DNA of 64,000 nt from the human T2T-CHM13v2.0 reference genome, Homo sapiens. Positions 1 through 14,940 of this stretch are shown here, in pieces; the stretch's first letter is position 1; each line of letters begins with the position of its first letter. Position numbers and translations under genes: made by a program. The notes under the pieces are model-generated. The model had not been told where the DNA came from and searched no databases. It saw only the letters and a program-made list of their open reading frames with translations. The DNA lies in NCBI RefSeq assembly GCF_009914755.1, contig NC_060927.1; one strand, given 5' to 3'.

Positions 1-2533
1 ACACTTTCACACTTACTCTAGGAGGCCAGTTTTGCCATAACACCAAAATCAGACGAAGACACATCAAAAAAAGAAAACTACAGGCCAGTTTCTCTGATGA
101 ACATCGATGCAAAAATCCTCAAAAAAATACTAACAAACTAAACTTAACAACACATTAAAAAGATCATTTTTCAAGACTAAGTGGGATGTATTGCAGAAAT
201 GCAACAATGGTTCAACGTACACAAATTCATCAATGTGATACATCACATAAACAGAATGAAGGACAAAAACCATATGATCACTTCAACTGATGCTGAAAAA
301 GCATTGGATAAAATTCAACATCCCATTATGATAAAAACCCTCAAAAAGTTAGGTATAGAGGGAGCATATCTCAACACAATAAAAGCCATCTACGACAGAC
401 TCACAGCTGGTATCTATACTGAATGAGGAAAACCTTTCCTCTAAGATCTGGAACATAACAAAAATGCCCACTTTCACCACTCTTAATAAACATAGTACTA
501 GAAGTCCTAGCTAGAGCAATTAGAAAAGAGAAAGAAATAAAGGGCATTCAAATTGCAAAGGAAGAAGTCAAATTGCCCTTGTTTTCATATAATATCATCT
601 TAAATTTGGAAAAGTCTAAAGACCACCAAAAAACTGTTAGAACTGATAAACACATTTAGAATACAAAGTCAACATACAAAAATCAATAGCATTTCTGTAT
701 GCCAACAATGAACAATCTGAAAAAGAAATCAAGAAAGTAATGCTATTTACAATAGCTATGAATAAAATACCTAGGAATTAACTTAACCAAAGAAGTGAAA
801 GGTTTCCACAATGAAAACTATAAAATACTGGTGAAAGAAATGGAAAAGAACACAAAAAAATAGAAAGATATTTTATGTTCATGGATTAAAAGAATCAATA
901 TTGTTACTATGTTCATACTATGTAAAGCAATCTACAGATTAAATATAATTCTTATCAAAATACCAAGACATTTTTCACAGAAATAGAAAAATGATCCTAA
1001 AATTGTTAAAAGAACAAAACTGGAGGAATCACATTACTTGATTTCAAGTTATACTACAGAGCTGTAGTAACAAAAACAGCATGGTAATGGCATAGAAACA
1101 GACACATAGACCAATGGAATGGAAAAGAGGACTCAGAAACAAATCTGTACATCTAGAATGAACTCATTTTTTGACAAAGGCATCAAGAACATACATGGGG
1201 AAAAGGGCAGTCTCTTCAATAAATGGTGCTGGGCAAACTGAATATCCATATACAGAAGAATGAAATTAGACTCCTATCTCTTGTTGACTATGAAAATCAA
1301 ATCAAAATGAAATAAAGACTTAAATCTAAGACCTCAAAACATGAAACTACTACAATTAGAGATTTTGAAAACTCTCTAGGACATTGTACTGGCAAAGATT
1401 TCTTGAGTAACACCCCACAAGCACCAGCAATGAAAGGAAAAATTGACAAATGGGATCACATCAATTTAAAAAGCTTCGCACAGAAGAGGAAACAATCAAT
1501 AAAGTAAAAAGCCAACCTAAAATTAAAAATGGGCAAAAGATCCGAATAGACATTTTTCAAAAGAAGACATACATATGGCAAAAAGTTATGTAAAAAGATG
1601 TTCAAAATCACTGATTATCAGAGAAATACAAATCAAAACTACAATGAAATACCATCTCACCCCAATTAAAATGGTTTTTATCCAAAAGACAGGCAATAAC
1701 AAAAGCTGGTGGGGATGTGGAGAAAAGGGAACCTTCATATGTTGTTGGTGAGGATGTAAATTAGTACAACCACTATGGAGAACAGTTTGGAGGTTCCTCA
1801 AAACACTAAAAATATGATCCAGCAATCCCACTGCTGGGTATATACCTAAAAGAAAGGAAATCAGTATATTCAAGAGATAGCTGCACTTCTATGTTAATTG
1901 AAGCACTATTCACAATAGACAAGATTTGAAAGCTATCTAAGTGTCCATCAACAGATGAATAGATAAAGAAAATGTGGCACATATACATAATGGAGTACTA
2001 TTTGGCCAAAAAAAAAAAAATGAGATTCTATCATTTACAACAACATGGATGGAACTGGAGGTCATCATGTTAACTGGAATAAGCCAGGCACAGAAAGGCA
2101 AACTTCTTATGTTCACACTTATTTATGAGATCTAAAAATCAAAACAATTGAACTTAAGGAGATAGAGAGTAGAACAATGATTACCAGAAGCCAGGAAGGG
2201 TAGTGGAGGGTAGGAGGTGGGGTGGAGGAAGATGATTAATGTGGACAAAAAAAATAGGTACATTACGATGAATAAGATCTAGTATTTGATAGCACAGCAG
2301 GGTGACTATGTCAACAATTTATTGTACATTTTAAAATACTAAAGGCATATAATTATATTGTTTGTAACACCGAGGAAGAAGAAATGATTGAGGTGATGAA
2401 TACATTTACCCTGATGTATTATTCATTGTATGCCTGTATCAAAATATCTCATGTACCTCATAAATATATACACCTACTACATACCCTCAGAAATTTAAAA
2501 TTTTAAAAATAATAAAAATGAAACATAAAAAAT
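1..2533 (+). mobile_element. Old LINE-1 (L1MA2/3-like): ORF2 RT-to-C-terminal remnant, 3' UTR and A-rich tail; 5' part lies outside the window
   Basis: The 181-426 ORF ([32 protein letters not shown]) is L1 ORF2 RT. There are many stops, frameshifts and internal deletions. An L1MA-type 3' UTR ends in an A-rich run at ~2495-2533. Confidence 0.9.
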
Positions 2534-2534
2534 T

Positions 2535-2864
2535 TTAGAAAAGGAATGATAGACACCAGAGGCTGACAAGGGTGTGTTTTTGGTGGGCTAGTGGGATAGA
2601 GAGAGATTGGTAACGGGTACCAACATATATTAGAATAAAGTCCAATGTTTTATAGCACTGTAGGATGACTATATTTAACAACAATGTGTCGTATATTTCA
2701 AAATAGCTACAAGACTTAGAATGTTGCCAACACATAGAAATGATAAATAGTTGAGGTGATGGACACCCAAATACACTGATTTGATCATTACGCACTCTAT
2801 GCATGTCACGTAATATCATATGTACCCCATAAATATGTACAAATATTCATATCAATTAAAAAAA
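2535..2864 (+). mobile_element. Separate L1MA (L1MA4/5-like) 3' UTR fragment
   Basis: L1MA 3'-end motifs (aaatagcta...gaatgttgccaacacatagaaatgataaat...tgtaccccataaatatgtaca) followed by an A-run. Confidence 0.75.
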
Positions 2865-3254
2865 GTCTCATAGCCCAGCAGTAGATCCTGATTTCTATCT
2901 TCCTGACCTGTCAGTCACCTACTTATCATTAGAGACTCTACTTGACTTCCCTGACCACCCACCAGTCAGGCCTTCCCCTCAGAGTCCTCACCCCATACCG
3001 ATTTCTGGCCTTTTGCTTGAGTTAATCATTATATTACCCACCCATCTTTTATCTAAGCCCCTTGAAGTGAAGGTCTTATTTCTTCTTAAATCTAAAATTA
3101 TCTGCATAGTGCTGCAAACACAGTAGGTCTTCAAGAAAATGTTTTTGTTTCTTTCAATAAAGGAATAAAAAGCCAATTAGACTTTTGTTGGGATAGATAT
3201 TCTGGAAAACTATAAGTCAAACATCCTGGGAGGGATTTTGTGTCAGAGTCTTAA

Positions 3255-3392
3255 AGGCTGAAATTTAGTTTTAGCTCTGCCTCTAGCTCTATGACTTTGG
3301 GCAAATCACTTAACCTTCCTGGACCTCAGGTTTCCTTTATAAAATCATTGAGTTGGGTTAAACTGATCTTTCATGTCAATTCTAGCTTTTAA
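3255..3392 (+). mobile_element. MIR-family SINE remnant
   Basis: MIR core motif 'tgactttgggcaaatcacttaaccttcctggacctcaggtttcct'. Confidence 0.7.
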
Positions 3393-4099
3393 CTTTCCAT
3401 TAACACTGTTTCTCTGCTGTCGGAAGTATGATTAATGAACAAGAACCCCTTATAAATGATTAGTCAACTTGGAAATTCAGGCACAATTTTTGCCTTAAAA
3501 TCATTATTTTATGTTTTTTCTGGTCCAGGTTCAAATATTTTTAGTCCTTAAGAATTCATAGCTTTTATGTTGTACTCTTATTAAAGGTGTTCTTAGCGAG
3601 CCCCAAGATTCAATTTTTATGTCCTTATTGCTCCACATATAAACTGTGCAGCATTAAAACAGAATGATTTCTCTACGGTAGTTAATTGTTCCTACTTTCT
3701 TTTTTAAATGTTAAAAAGACATTAGCAGTAGATGAGAGTGAAATGACTGGAGATTTTAATGCCTGAAGCACTTTAACCTTACCCAACAGCTCAGGTCGAT
3801 CTGCTTGGCAGACATGCCAACAGGAGGGGACATAGCGGGTGGGAAACAAGATATTAACAGGCTCAACTGCATGCCAATTAGCAGTCCATTATTCCCATAT
3901 CAGGGCTAGATTTGTTTCCCAGTAAGCCTCTGAATTAACCAGCCATCACATTCTAATACATATCAGTTAAAGACATTTTACTGTATTATTTTCAGACTTC
4001 TCATAAATAAATTGATTTATACGTGCTTACTTCCATGTATTTTTTTATAAACTGGCATTCTAAAGGCTTTATTTTTCTATAAACATGATATATATCATT

Positions 4100-4380
4100 A
4101 CAGAGATGCTGATCAAGGGATACAAAATTACAGTTAGATAAGAGGAATAAGTTTAGGAAATCTCTTTTTCCTGTTGTCACTATACGGTGACTATAGTTAA
4201 TAATGATATATTCTTGAAAAATGCTAAGAGAATGGATGTTAAGTGTTCTCAAAACAGTATGATAACTATGTGAGGTAATAAACAGGTTAATTAGCCAAAT
4301 TTAGTCCATCTACAAGGTATATTCAATACATTTTATGGTAGATAATAAATATGTACAATTTTATCTGTTAATAAGTAAAT
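4100..4380 (+). mobile_element. L1MA (L1MA5/6-like) 3' UTR fragment
   Basis: 'ggatacaaaattacagttagataagaggaataagttt...gtgactatagttaataatgata...gataactatgtgaggtaat' matches an L1MA 3' end. Confidence 0.7.
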
Positions 4381-7300
4381 ACGTTTGGAAAACATGCCAT
4401 CGTTAATAGCAAAATAAGTTAAAATCATCATTAAAATGGTGAGAGTGGGTAGTTTTAACTCTGGCAAAAGTATATTTGGAAAATAGTATGACATAAATTA
4501 AATATACAATCATGTGTAATATTTGTTTTGAAGTTTGTCCATTGTTACAAAAAATCTTGCAAATGGCAGTACTATCTCCCAATTTAACTTAAAACTTCAG
4601 TGCCATTTTCCACTGTTCTCTCTCTCATCCACCATATTCCAGCTCTTCCCAGTCTAGCCTAATATCCCCTTCTTTTTACCACCAGAGATAATGATATCCT
4701 CCACAGAATTTACATTTTATCACCTCCCCACAAAAATAGCTTCAACAAAATGGCACCCCTCACAATGTTTCTTGTTGCAGGAGGACCCTTTTTGGTTCTT
4801 CCACAATTGCAACTTAGCAGGAGGAACTGAAGCAGTGTGTGTTGATATGGAATAGACACAAGGAAAGGACAAAGGCAGTAAATTCCAACAAGTTAGAGAA
4901 ACTGTGGAATTTCATAAAGGTGAGATTGGAGTTTAAGCCAAGTTTAGCCAAATATCAGAAAGAAAGAAGGCCCCAGCTCAAAACTGAGTTTCCACTAGAC
5001 ACGTGTTTACTGCTGCTGCCATGAGTTATTTTCCTCTGCACTGCTCCTACCCTTATTTCTTAATTTTTAAAATACTTGCTATGTATTGAGCACTTTGCAA
5101 AACACTTAAGAAAATAGTGTATCTTGTCTTCACCATCATCACGAATGGTAGGAATAACAACTAGGTTCCTAAATTATACATGGGATAAATAGTTTAACAG
5201 AGAATAAGATGGCTCCAACACATTGCCTACTTTCAGCTCATACCCAGACCCTAAAAGCCCCTTGCTGATGGGCTCTCACTTGTTTTGCAATCATTGAAAA
5301 CACAGTGACTAAGCCTCATTATGTGCTAAATAGATAGAAGAGTAATCTGACTTGGATCATAACTATCCCACTAGTCACCAAGACTGATTTGACTATCGGG
5401 GGCTCGGATTGTCTTTCTTTTCTCTATATACTATGCATCTTCCTACTCAAACTACTGCCTCAGTCAGGACCAGTATTATCAGGGAACGGGGTGCTCTGCA
5501 AGTCTTAAACTCATGCAAATTGAGTAACTTTCGATGCTACCACAGTACTCCATCACCTGGGAACTTCCTCTGATGGTTGAGGATCCAGAGAGCACACTGG
5601 AGATTTCATGGAACAGTGCAGTTTTTGAGGTGGTTTATTACTAAGATCAGTTGCTTTTCTTGTTGCCTGAATTGAGGTGCACAGGGTTCTAGTTATCCAC
5701 AGGGTTCCTTTCAGTTATAAAAGCCTATTCAGGTGGATATAGATCCCTCATGAGGGCATGTAGCTTGTCAGAGTACAGGCTGGATTTTAGCCCATACTCA
5801 TTCCCTTGGTCCAGCACAAACTGCACAACTATAAATAGTAGCCCTGGCAGTGACTGTGATTAAAAAAAAAAAAAGAAAAAAAAACCTCAGAGAAATCAAG
5901 CCTTGTTAGATAATAATGATAAAAATAATAACATCGACAACAATAATAAAAGAGTTAGAGCCAGATTTTCAGACTTCCTAAATCTCCAATGTGTGATTCC
6001 TTTCTGCAAGACCAGTATGACTGGGCATGTTTCAATTAGACATATAGTTAACATACATTTATAGGTCTTTTGTAACCCCCACATAAATACCATTTTATTA
6101 TATGGGCATGTAAAATGCCATGATAGCATTTTTCTAGACTCTCGGAAACAAATGAGTGATGACATGCTGTCCCTCCCCTTATTATTAAGCAAAGAGTAGT
6201 TAATCTGTAGAGTTGTGAGAAAGTTCTTCTCCAGAGACCCATATAACCCAAGGAAACCTGGAATGGAACATTGTTACCACTGTGAAGAATATTGTGGCAG
6301 AACTAGCATTTACCACACAAATTTTCTATATAGAAAATCTGTTGGAAACAGATTTTAGATGACATCAATCTTCTTACGTTCCTAGAAAATTCCAAGCTCA
6401 ATCTTGGCCATGAATGTTATCTCTGAATAGATGCTTTTTTTCTCCTCATCTGATTATCTTTTTCATGTAGTCTTTTCTCATGCTTCAGATCTCAACTGAA
6501 ATACAACATCTTTAAGGAAAACTTTCTTTACTCCCTAATGACTACTTTAGTAGCTCCCCAACCATCATGTGTCTTTACTTAACCAAAGAAATATGAATGG
6601 AAGTGGCATGCCACTTCTTGTCAGAAGTTTAGAGAGTATGTACTTGCCTTATTCTCTTTCCCTATGCGTAATAACTAATAATGTTACAGGTGGAAGAGAT
6701 TTCATCAGCCTGTATCTTTGTGTGATGCCAGTGTGGAAGCCCCAATCAGGCAACAATGGATATATGATATGAGTTGTATCTATCCACAAATTGCAGGAAG
6801 ATGTTTACAATTTTAACATCACCCAGTGTGTCCTAACTAATGCAATCTCAGAAGCCAGCTTATTTCTTTAGTATCTCTAACTACAATCTATAAATACTTA
6901 TTATATTCTTTATACTCAGAAAATTTTACTAGAATGTATGTTTCATAAGAGCTAGAAACTACCATATTCCTACGCAGAGTCTAGTACAATGTAGGTGCTA
7001 AATAAGCATTTGATGAACACAGGAATGAATCCAAGTCCTAGACTATTATAGATGGTGTTTAGTGGAAAAGAAGCATCCAGATACCCCATTAGTAAGTCTG
7101 GGTGTAAAACTTCTTACAAATTTACCTAATTCTGAATAAGAGAAGCCTTTAGGAAGGACAAAGCATTATATTTTACCTGATTTCCTCTACCCGTCCCCAA
7201 AGCAGGAGCCAGCTAACTCTACTGGTAGGCTGATTCTTGCATACATTCTGGGTCTCTCTTATCCTTCCTTGGGAAGCAAATTTGCTATTCAGATATCTCA

Positions 7301-9039
7301 GCATCAAGTCCATCTTGGTCTTACTCAAATCTAACCTTTAGTTTCATAAAAAAAATTTTGAAACATTTTCATACGTGGTCACCTTTTAAACTCTGAAGAA
7401 AGGCATGGCCTCTTTCCACAGTACAAAATTATACAAGTTTACAATTTTACAGGATTCACAAACCCCCTGAAAGTTCTTCAGGGACCACTTTTCCCAATAT
7501 TCCAAAGACCTCAAGCTAAGAAATGGATTTCTACCCAGTTCTCAGACCAAGCCTACATGTATCCCATTATTTCTGAGCCCTGTTTTGATGACTACATACC
7601 CCTGATCTTATCTTGCTGTAGTCCTGCCTTGATCTTACTTTATTTGCTGTCCTGAATATTAGGAACAAGGCACGGGCTCACCATCATTTTCAGTGTGTTG
7701 TCTGTAAGGCTAGAACAATTTCCTTGTGTATAGCTGGATAATGACTCCTTCCCTGAGCCCCAGTGCCAGTTCCACTCAAGGGAATATATCTTAGGTCTAG
7801 ATTCTGGGCCCTCTTGATCTCTACAGTTTCACCCCAAAAATACCTTCAAACATGATCTCTAAAACTAGAAAGAATCCTCTGATACTGAGTATTTTTAAAT
7901 GAAAAGACTTAAAAATTCTTTCATTTGTTCAGCTTCCTATGAGTGGATAAAAAGAGGTTGTAGAGTCACTTCATATATTAAAGTGTTTCCTCTTAAATTT
8001 CTTTTCAGCAGAGGCCAAAGAGTTAAAGTGTTTCTTAAATTGATAAAAGTGCATCATCAGAACAATGAGTCAGCTTCTGAGTCAAGCTGAGTTTTTCCAC
8101 CGCAAAGTGCTCTGCAGTCCATTTTCTGCATTTGTGCATTATGCTGCACTAAACATGTGCATGGTAGTATTCCACTCAATTAAAATAGCAGTCTCAAGAA
8201 AGACTCATTTCTCATTATAGTGGACTTAGAACAGTGCTATTTAAACATTTCAGATGAAATATCTTTGATGGACAAAATCTCACACAAAAGAATGACAGGG
8301 AAGACATAGAAGTAGTTTCTGTGACCAAAACTTGAATAGTTGTGGTCCCACAATGCGTTTGCATTCCCTGATGCCCTCCACTCCTAGGGGGCTTCTTGGA
8401 ACCACTAATCCTTTGTGTAGTTCGAAAAGCATTGACATAAAGTATTTATCTGTGTTGAATTCTAAGCTGCATTTGACAATACAGTAGTTAAATATTTCTG
8501 AAACAGTTTAGATAATCCTTCCTATCTTCCAAAATATCAAAAAGAAAGACAGCCCATGACCCCATCATTCATTTTGCTGTGAGTTCCTCATGATTGTTTT
8601 TCCAGGAATTTGAGAAGGTGAAGAAGTTCATCATTGTTTGAACAACATGGGGCTGGCTTCAGCTTGCTCCCACGAATGAGTGGAACTCTCGCTTGCTCTT
8701 TTTCCACCCTGTTACCACTATCTAATGTACAACTTGAAAAAATAGACTATGTTGCTTCCTGCTCCTATAGAACAGAATGGTAAATCCCTAGAGGTTAGAA
8801 GGATCTGCTAATCCCTGATGGCAAACCTTAAGATAAACTTAGCAAGTGGATTGTGCATGAATTCAGTATCTTTCGTCTTCAGTTTACAAATTGCCTAATC
8901 ATAAAACTAAATGATCATCAATGAACTTATTAATGAGAAGCCCCCAAAGACAATGGATGCCCTCTTCATTTGAGCTATTTCTGCTACGTAAGTTTTGTCA
9001 GGAGTGATTTTCATTCCCCACCCATCTCTCCCAATTGAG

Positions 9040-9290
9040 AGGACAAAATTTAACTCATTCTTAAGACCCGAATTAAACGTCACTTCTTCTGTGAAGTTTT
9101 CCTTAATACAAATCTCACAGAGATGAGGTCAATCTGCATTTATTAGTGCAATTATTTTTGTCTCTATTGTCTCTATCAGACCATAAATTGCTTGAGGCAG
9201 AATTCATATTTTATTCATTTATGCCCCAAAGTCTGCCTCAGGGCCTAACACATAATGAATTGTCGAAAATGTTTATTAGGTGGATGACAC
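9040..9290 (+). mobile_element. L2 3'-end remnant
   Basis: Degenerate L2 terminus: 'gtcacttcttctgtgaagttttcc...gaccataaattgcttgaggcag...cctaacacataat...aatgtttatt'. Confidence 0.6.
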
Positions 9291-9789
9291 TGACTATTGA
9301 TATAAATAAAGTATCTCATAGAATTATTTTGTGAGTAGGCATACTTCGGAAATATGATGATCCAAGTGCTATCTGAGCCTACAGTCAAGGACAGAAAGGC
9401 CCCATGCTGGCTTTAGCTTTCTTACTGCCATCTCCCATCCATCAACAAAATTACATCTTCTACCTCTGGAAGAAAAATGACCACTGTAATAATAAGAGTA
9501 TAAAAATTACCTCATGCTTAGGTTTTGCTTTTGATATTTTATTCAATCAAGACTTATTGAATATCTACTGGGTTGAGGACAATGCAGAAGATGTATTTAA
9601 ACAATGTTTTTCAAGGAAACATATTTTAAAGAATTAAACCATAACTCACCTGTAATAAGGCCATATTCAGAAATTTTACGAAGAAAACCCTAAGTTCAGT
9701 TCAAGCAACTAAAGTTTATATCTTTTCTACAAATCAATAGTAAGCTATCTTTTAAACATTCATTGAAGTGGAAATTATTGCTTATGTTG

Positions 9790-10000
9790 GCAAGTATGAA
9801 ATCTGGAATTTGAATGCCTATATTTGTAATGCAGCATCCCCACTTACTGCTCACTAACCTTGGGCATATTATTTAAGCATTTGGTGCCTCAGTTTTCTCA
9901 TATGTAAAATGGGGACTAATAAACAGTATCTACTATATGAAATTATTGTGAGGCACATGAGAAATGCTTACAACATATTGTAGGTGCTCAACATATGATA
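9790..10000 (+). mobile_element. MIR SINE
   Basis: Core 'accttgggcatattatttaagc...tgcctcagttttctcatatgtaaaatgggga'. Confidence 0.75.
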
Positions 10001-10084
10001 TGGAAGTTACTATAGAAAACCTTGTCTAGCAGCTGCCCTCTCTAAATCTTTGCAAAGAAAAACAACATTTCTTTATTAAGTTGA

Positions 10085-11390
10085 TATTCAATAAATACCT
10101 TCTCTGTGCCAAACACCCACTAGTGACATAGTTATTAATGAGACAACATATGCCATCAGGAAACATATTCCAATAATGGAAGGCACTAGTAAAAAGGTGA
10201 ACAAATACTTTCTGTAGTAATATTGTAAAAAAAAGATGCAAGAAGAGAGAGTGAAACAGTGAATGTCTCCTTTATATACAGTGGCCAGTAAGGACTTCTT
10301 TGAGAAATATTTAAGATGAGACAAGAATAATATAAAGGGACATTCATTCAAGAATCTAGGGGGAGAGTGCTAAAGAAGGGAGTCAAGGTAAAGGTCCTGA
10401 AGCTAGAACCACCTTGAGTCCGAACAACAGCAAGCAGGCAATGGTGCTCACAGCAGGGTGAGCTCAAGAAAGAGGAGCAAGTTATGAGGCCCTAGAGTTA
10501 GGCAGTGACCTGATCAAATGAGCTTTGGAAGCGATTGGGAAAAAGTAGGCATTAGTTCTCATTGTAATGCAAGGCCAGTGGAGGAGTTTGCACCATGGTG
10601 GAATATGATCTTATCTTCATTTTTAAAAGATAACTCTGTTTTATGAAGTGGAGATTTTGGATTAGTGTGAGAAGAATGAATCAGGTCAGGTGGGAGTGGT
10701 GGAGGCAGTTAGAAGAGTCAATATTTCGCATGTATTTTAAAATAGAGTTAACGAGACTCACTGCAAAATGTATATGGGCCTGTGAAGAAAAAGAGGATTC
10801 GAAGGAAACTCCTAGAGTCTTTGGCCTGAGCAATTAGGTAAATAGTGTTGTCAATTATAAAATGGAGAAGACCAAAGGAAAAGCCAGTTTGCCAATGAAA
10901 ATTTACGATTCTGTTTTGGGTATGTCAGTACACTAATCTGGAGCTAAGCGTTAAGTGGTGATGTTTAAGGTGAAATTATACATTAGAGGTTTGACAGAAT
11001 CAGCTAGAGAGATTGTCAGTCTCTAAGAGGACAAAGACTCTTCCCTAAGCATAGCAATAGTCAGAGGCTGTAAAAAAGGAGAAGAAATTTCAGACAACAC
11101 TGAAAAGGAGCAGTCAGTGAAATAAAAGCAAAATCATGAGAGCGTGGTGTCCTTAAGAATATTTGAAGCACAATTTTAAGGACAACAGACTGGTCGACCA
11201 CTTTAAATAATGCTGAGACCCTGACTAAGATGACCTCTGAGAAATATGAAGGTAATTGTTGACAAGATCATTGCAATCAAACAGTGGGAACAAGAGCCTA
11301 ATTTGAATGGGTCAAATAGAATACAGCCAGTGAAAAAAATCAAAGTGTGTATAGACTTTCTTTTGAGAAATTTTACTAATGAGGGGAGCA
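10085..11390 (-). mobile_element. L2 LINE remnant
   Basis: Begins with a reverse-complemented L2 terminus (attcaataaatac...tgtgcca) and continues as a purine-rich degenerate L2 body (e.g. 'tttggcctgagcaattaggtaaatagtgttgtca'). Confidence 0.65.
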
Positions 11391-14300
11391 AAAATATTTG
11401 TGAGAGGAAAAGCTAAAGATATTATTCAAAGAAATCTATTTTGCAGTGGAAGACATGACAGTATGCTGTCCCTTTACTAAGAGGGACTTTTTGGGTTAAG
11501 CAAGAGATTGGAATTCTGCCTCCTTTTTAAACAAGTTTTCCCAAATCTGTGGTGGGTATTTTAAAAGGTATTCATTCCAAGAAATTAGATGTTTAACCTG
11601 AATTTAAACTTTGTACAGTTGGAATTCCATAAAGAAAATGGAAATACACTTTCATTCTTCTAAGGTAGCATTTATATTGACCGGTATAGAATGAAATAGA
11701 ATAATTTTTCTAAATCTAATCAGAAAGTGAATCATTTTTACTTCTACTTTCCAGAGAAGAAAATACTATACAATGAAAAATTGGCCATTTGATATGATTG
11801 TAGTCTATCATTCTTGTTTGTAGAGAAAGAAAATAAAATTCCATTTACTCAAAGAAGTCTCAGTGAATCAGATACTTTAATTCATGAAAAGATGGGACAT
11901 ACTTTTTAGAAATATGAAAAATTAAAATTGAGACTGCTTTTTTATTAACTTTATGTCAAAACTGTCTTTTACATAACAGTGCAATGAACTGTGTTTCACT
12001 AATACCAAGTAAATGTGTTTTTAATGATGTTATAATAAACCTAAAATCTTAAGAGGAGAGCGATGCTGTCAAAGAATAATTGTTTCCAACTTGGAAAATA
12101 AACCATTTACTCCTAGTGCAATGTTTATTTGCAGATAAATGGCTCGTTTTCACCTTGGCATCTATCTGATAGCAGGAAGAGGCACATCCTTGGTAAAAGT
12201 TCTATTATCATTATCACTTATTTTAATCACAACCATCTGTTGGATTTAGTTCCTCCTCCATAAAGAAGAAAATGGGTCCATTTCAAGAGCCAATAAAGGG
12301 GAATTTGTGTGAGACAGACTTGAGTTCCCATCAGAATCATCTGGCCCTGGATGTCAGACAAGTTGAGAAAAAGCACCTGCCACATCTGTAATGCCACTTC
12401 TGGAAGTCTCTTAGGACTCTCATAGAATGCTTTGCCTAGAGGGGAATTAGGTGTAAAATTTCACTTCAGAGCTTGTTAAATAGACCAGTCCTTGGAAATT
12501 AAGAAGTGTTTATGATGATAACTTAGAGAACAAAATCAGAATAAAGCTCCAGGCTATTCATGTCCACCAATGGCTCTTTGAGGAGAAAGTGAGAATTACA
12601 CTCAAATTACACGTGAAAGAATGGCCTTGAAGAGGTCTGGTGAGAACACCTCCCTGTTGGGTTGATGCTGGTTTGGGACTAGAGGTATGACCTGAATGGT
12701 TACCATAGAGCCAGAGTGGTCCTGAATTGTCACCTTTCCCCTTTTATAAAATAAAAGCCTTTAATAATCTTTTTCCTTAATGTCCCTTTCCTCACATCCA
12801 CCTTAAGGCTTAGCACTCTGCCCTATAAACCTCCCTTTGAGTCCCTTCCCTGAGAATCTTTCAGAGAAGCCTATGGCATACCAGACCCACTGCAATATTA
12901 AAAACTGCCTTAAGTCATAACCCTGGGCCTGCTGAGGCCATGTTTCAATAACACAAATTACCCATCCTTCTCTCTTCCCCTTTCCCTCACCATGGCCTGG
13001 CAACAATTGTTTGGAACTGAACCAACTCTGGGCCCTCCTTAGGCTACCATGTTGCCTGGCTCAAAAACATGAACTAGAACAATCTAGCTTCTAGAGTTAA
13101 ATATACAATTAAAAAACAAACTCAAGGGACTTAAATATCTGTCAGAGTAAAGCTGAGAGGAAGGCTCTGAGATAGAGTTAGAGACCTGAATGAACCCAGA
13201 TGAATGGCCCAGGAGTGAACAAAAGGTAGAAATGAGCATAAGAAGCCAGCTAGTGGAGAAAGAAATAGAGCCAGTGAGCCAAGAAAAGCACCCATGATCA
13301 TCAACGGCCATCCTTAAAAGCTGTCCCAGGTCCCAGAAACTGTTATTTCCCCTTGAGGCCAGCTCTTCCATGGTTCCTCTTCTGAGATTTCTACACAATT
13401 TTACTTCTCACTACCATAACCCCCCTTTAAGTATCTTGAGTGGGTATCTCTACTTGAAGAAACAAATATCTAAATAGAAGTCAGTTAGAAATATAGACAG
13501 CTATCTAAATTTGGGTTATTTCTTGGAATAGTTTCAATGAATTGTGAAAAGGTTATCTTCTCTGTGTGGCTCTCTGGAGTCTGGTTTTATAGCAAAAGGA
13601 TGTATATCCAATCACATATCTCAACAATCCTGTGACAACATAAATTCCAGGATAACAGCCTGAGAAGGGGGCCCAGAGACTTCCTAGGGCTTTAGGCCAC
13701 AGATCTCAAACTGTTATGGTAGAATTCTTTCTTCTGTCTTATAAAGAATCCCTTTATATAAAATATACCCAGACATTCATGCTTTTGTTCAGCAATTCAG
13801 TCTTTCTTCATACTCCTTTCCCTAATCAGGAAACCCTAAGTGTCCCTAGAATTCAGTTGGAAAGCAATTAATCTCTCATTTTACACACGGAGTTTAAAAG
13901 ATTTAAATACTGCTTTACGGGAACAGAATAGTGAGGCTTTATCTCTGAGACCATCTGTAATTCCTGGCTCTACTGTACTAATATTTAACATTCCTATAAA
14001 ATGTATTATTTTATATTTGTTCTCTATGTATTTTTGTGAAAATTTCCATCACAGGTTACAAAATACCCTAATATTGGAACACTCATTTGAAATAAATATA
14101 TTGTATCATACCATTTTTTTACACAGTGCATTGAAAATCTTTGCAAAAGCAGATTGGATTTGGGCCTTAGCCCAAAGACTGAATTTTAAAGAGATGTGGA
14201 ATGTGTTTTGAGAAATCCTAAGGTGAAAACTTGAAGCTGAATAATGAGGAGGTCTCTGTTTGTATAACTAAAAGATGCTTTTGTAAAGACATAAAAAGAC

Positions 14301-14485
14301 TAAAAAAGAGGAATTGATTATATAAGAAACTGGGTGATTTAAGTATAATAGCGTCCCTTAAATGTGACTTATTTAAATCTCAAAAGAATTGGTTTTACCA
14401 CATAATTCAAACCACATTAATGGAAAATTCTTGTATACTGGAAACAAGTAGCTATTGATCAGTAATAAAGATAACAGTAGAGACT

Positions 14486-14940
14486 GTGACAAAGATGCCA
14501 GTTGCCTTCAGTATCCACTTTCCTCATCTTCTCTAGGAATAAAACCCCAATTTTATTCTAAGAGCCAATGTGTCCACTTAATCAACCACATTTTCAAATT
14601 CCCTTGCATCTAGACATAGCTAAATTCTAGCCAATAAGATGCAAGAAGTGTTGTTTAAAGAAAGCTACCTCAGCTAGGAGACATCCATTTTACTCTTCCC
14701 ACTTCTTCCTTCTTGATGCCTGGAACTCATCGTGACGGCTAAAAAATAACCAACAAAACAAATTTACAGTGAGGTAATCTTGAAGGTTGAAATAACATAG
14801 TAAGATGTAGCTGCTGTAGTAGTCCATGACTGTCTACTACCAGACTTAACTTCCTTACCAGAGAAATATACTTTGTAAATTTCACTGCTCTTTAGTGTTT
14901 CTTGGAATACACAATTAAAACAAAACAAATCCTAACTTAT
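14486..14940. mobile_element. Ancient MaLR (MLT1-like) solo LTR
   Basis: MLT1-like motifs 'ttcccttgcatctagacatagc...ttctagccaataagatgcaagaagtg' and 'ttcttccttcttgatgcctggaac'. Highly diverged. Confidence 0.5.

Noticed and set aside
3720-3960. Possible conserved non-coding element
   Set aside because: This is a compositional impression only and cannot be supported without alignments.
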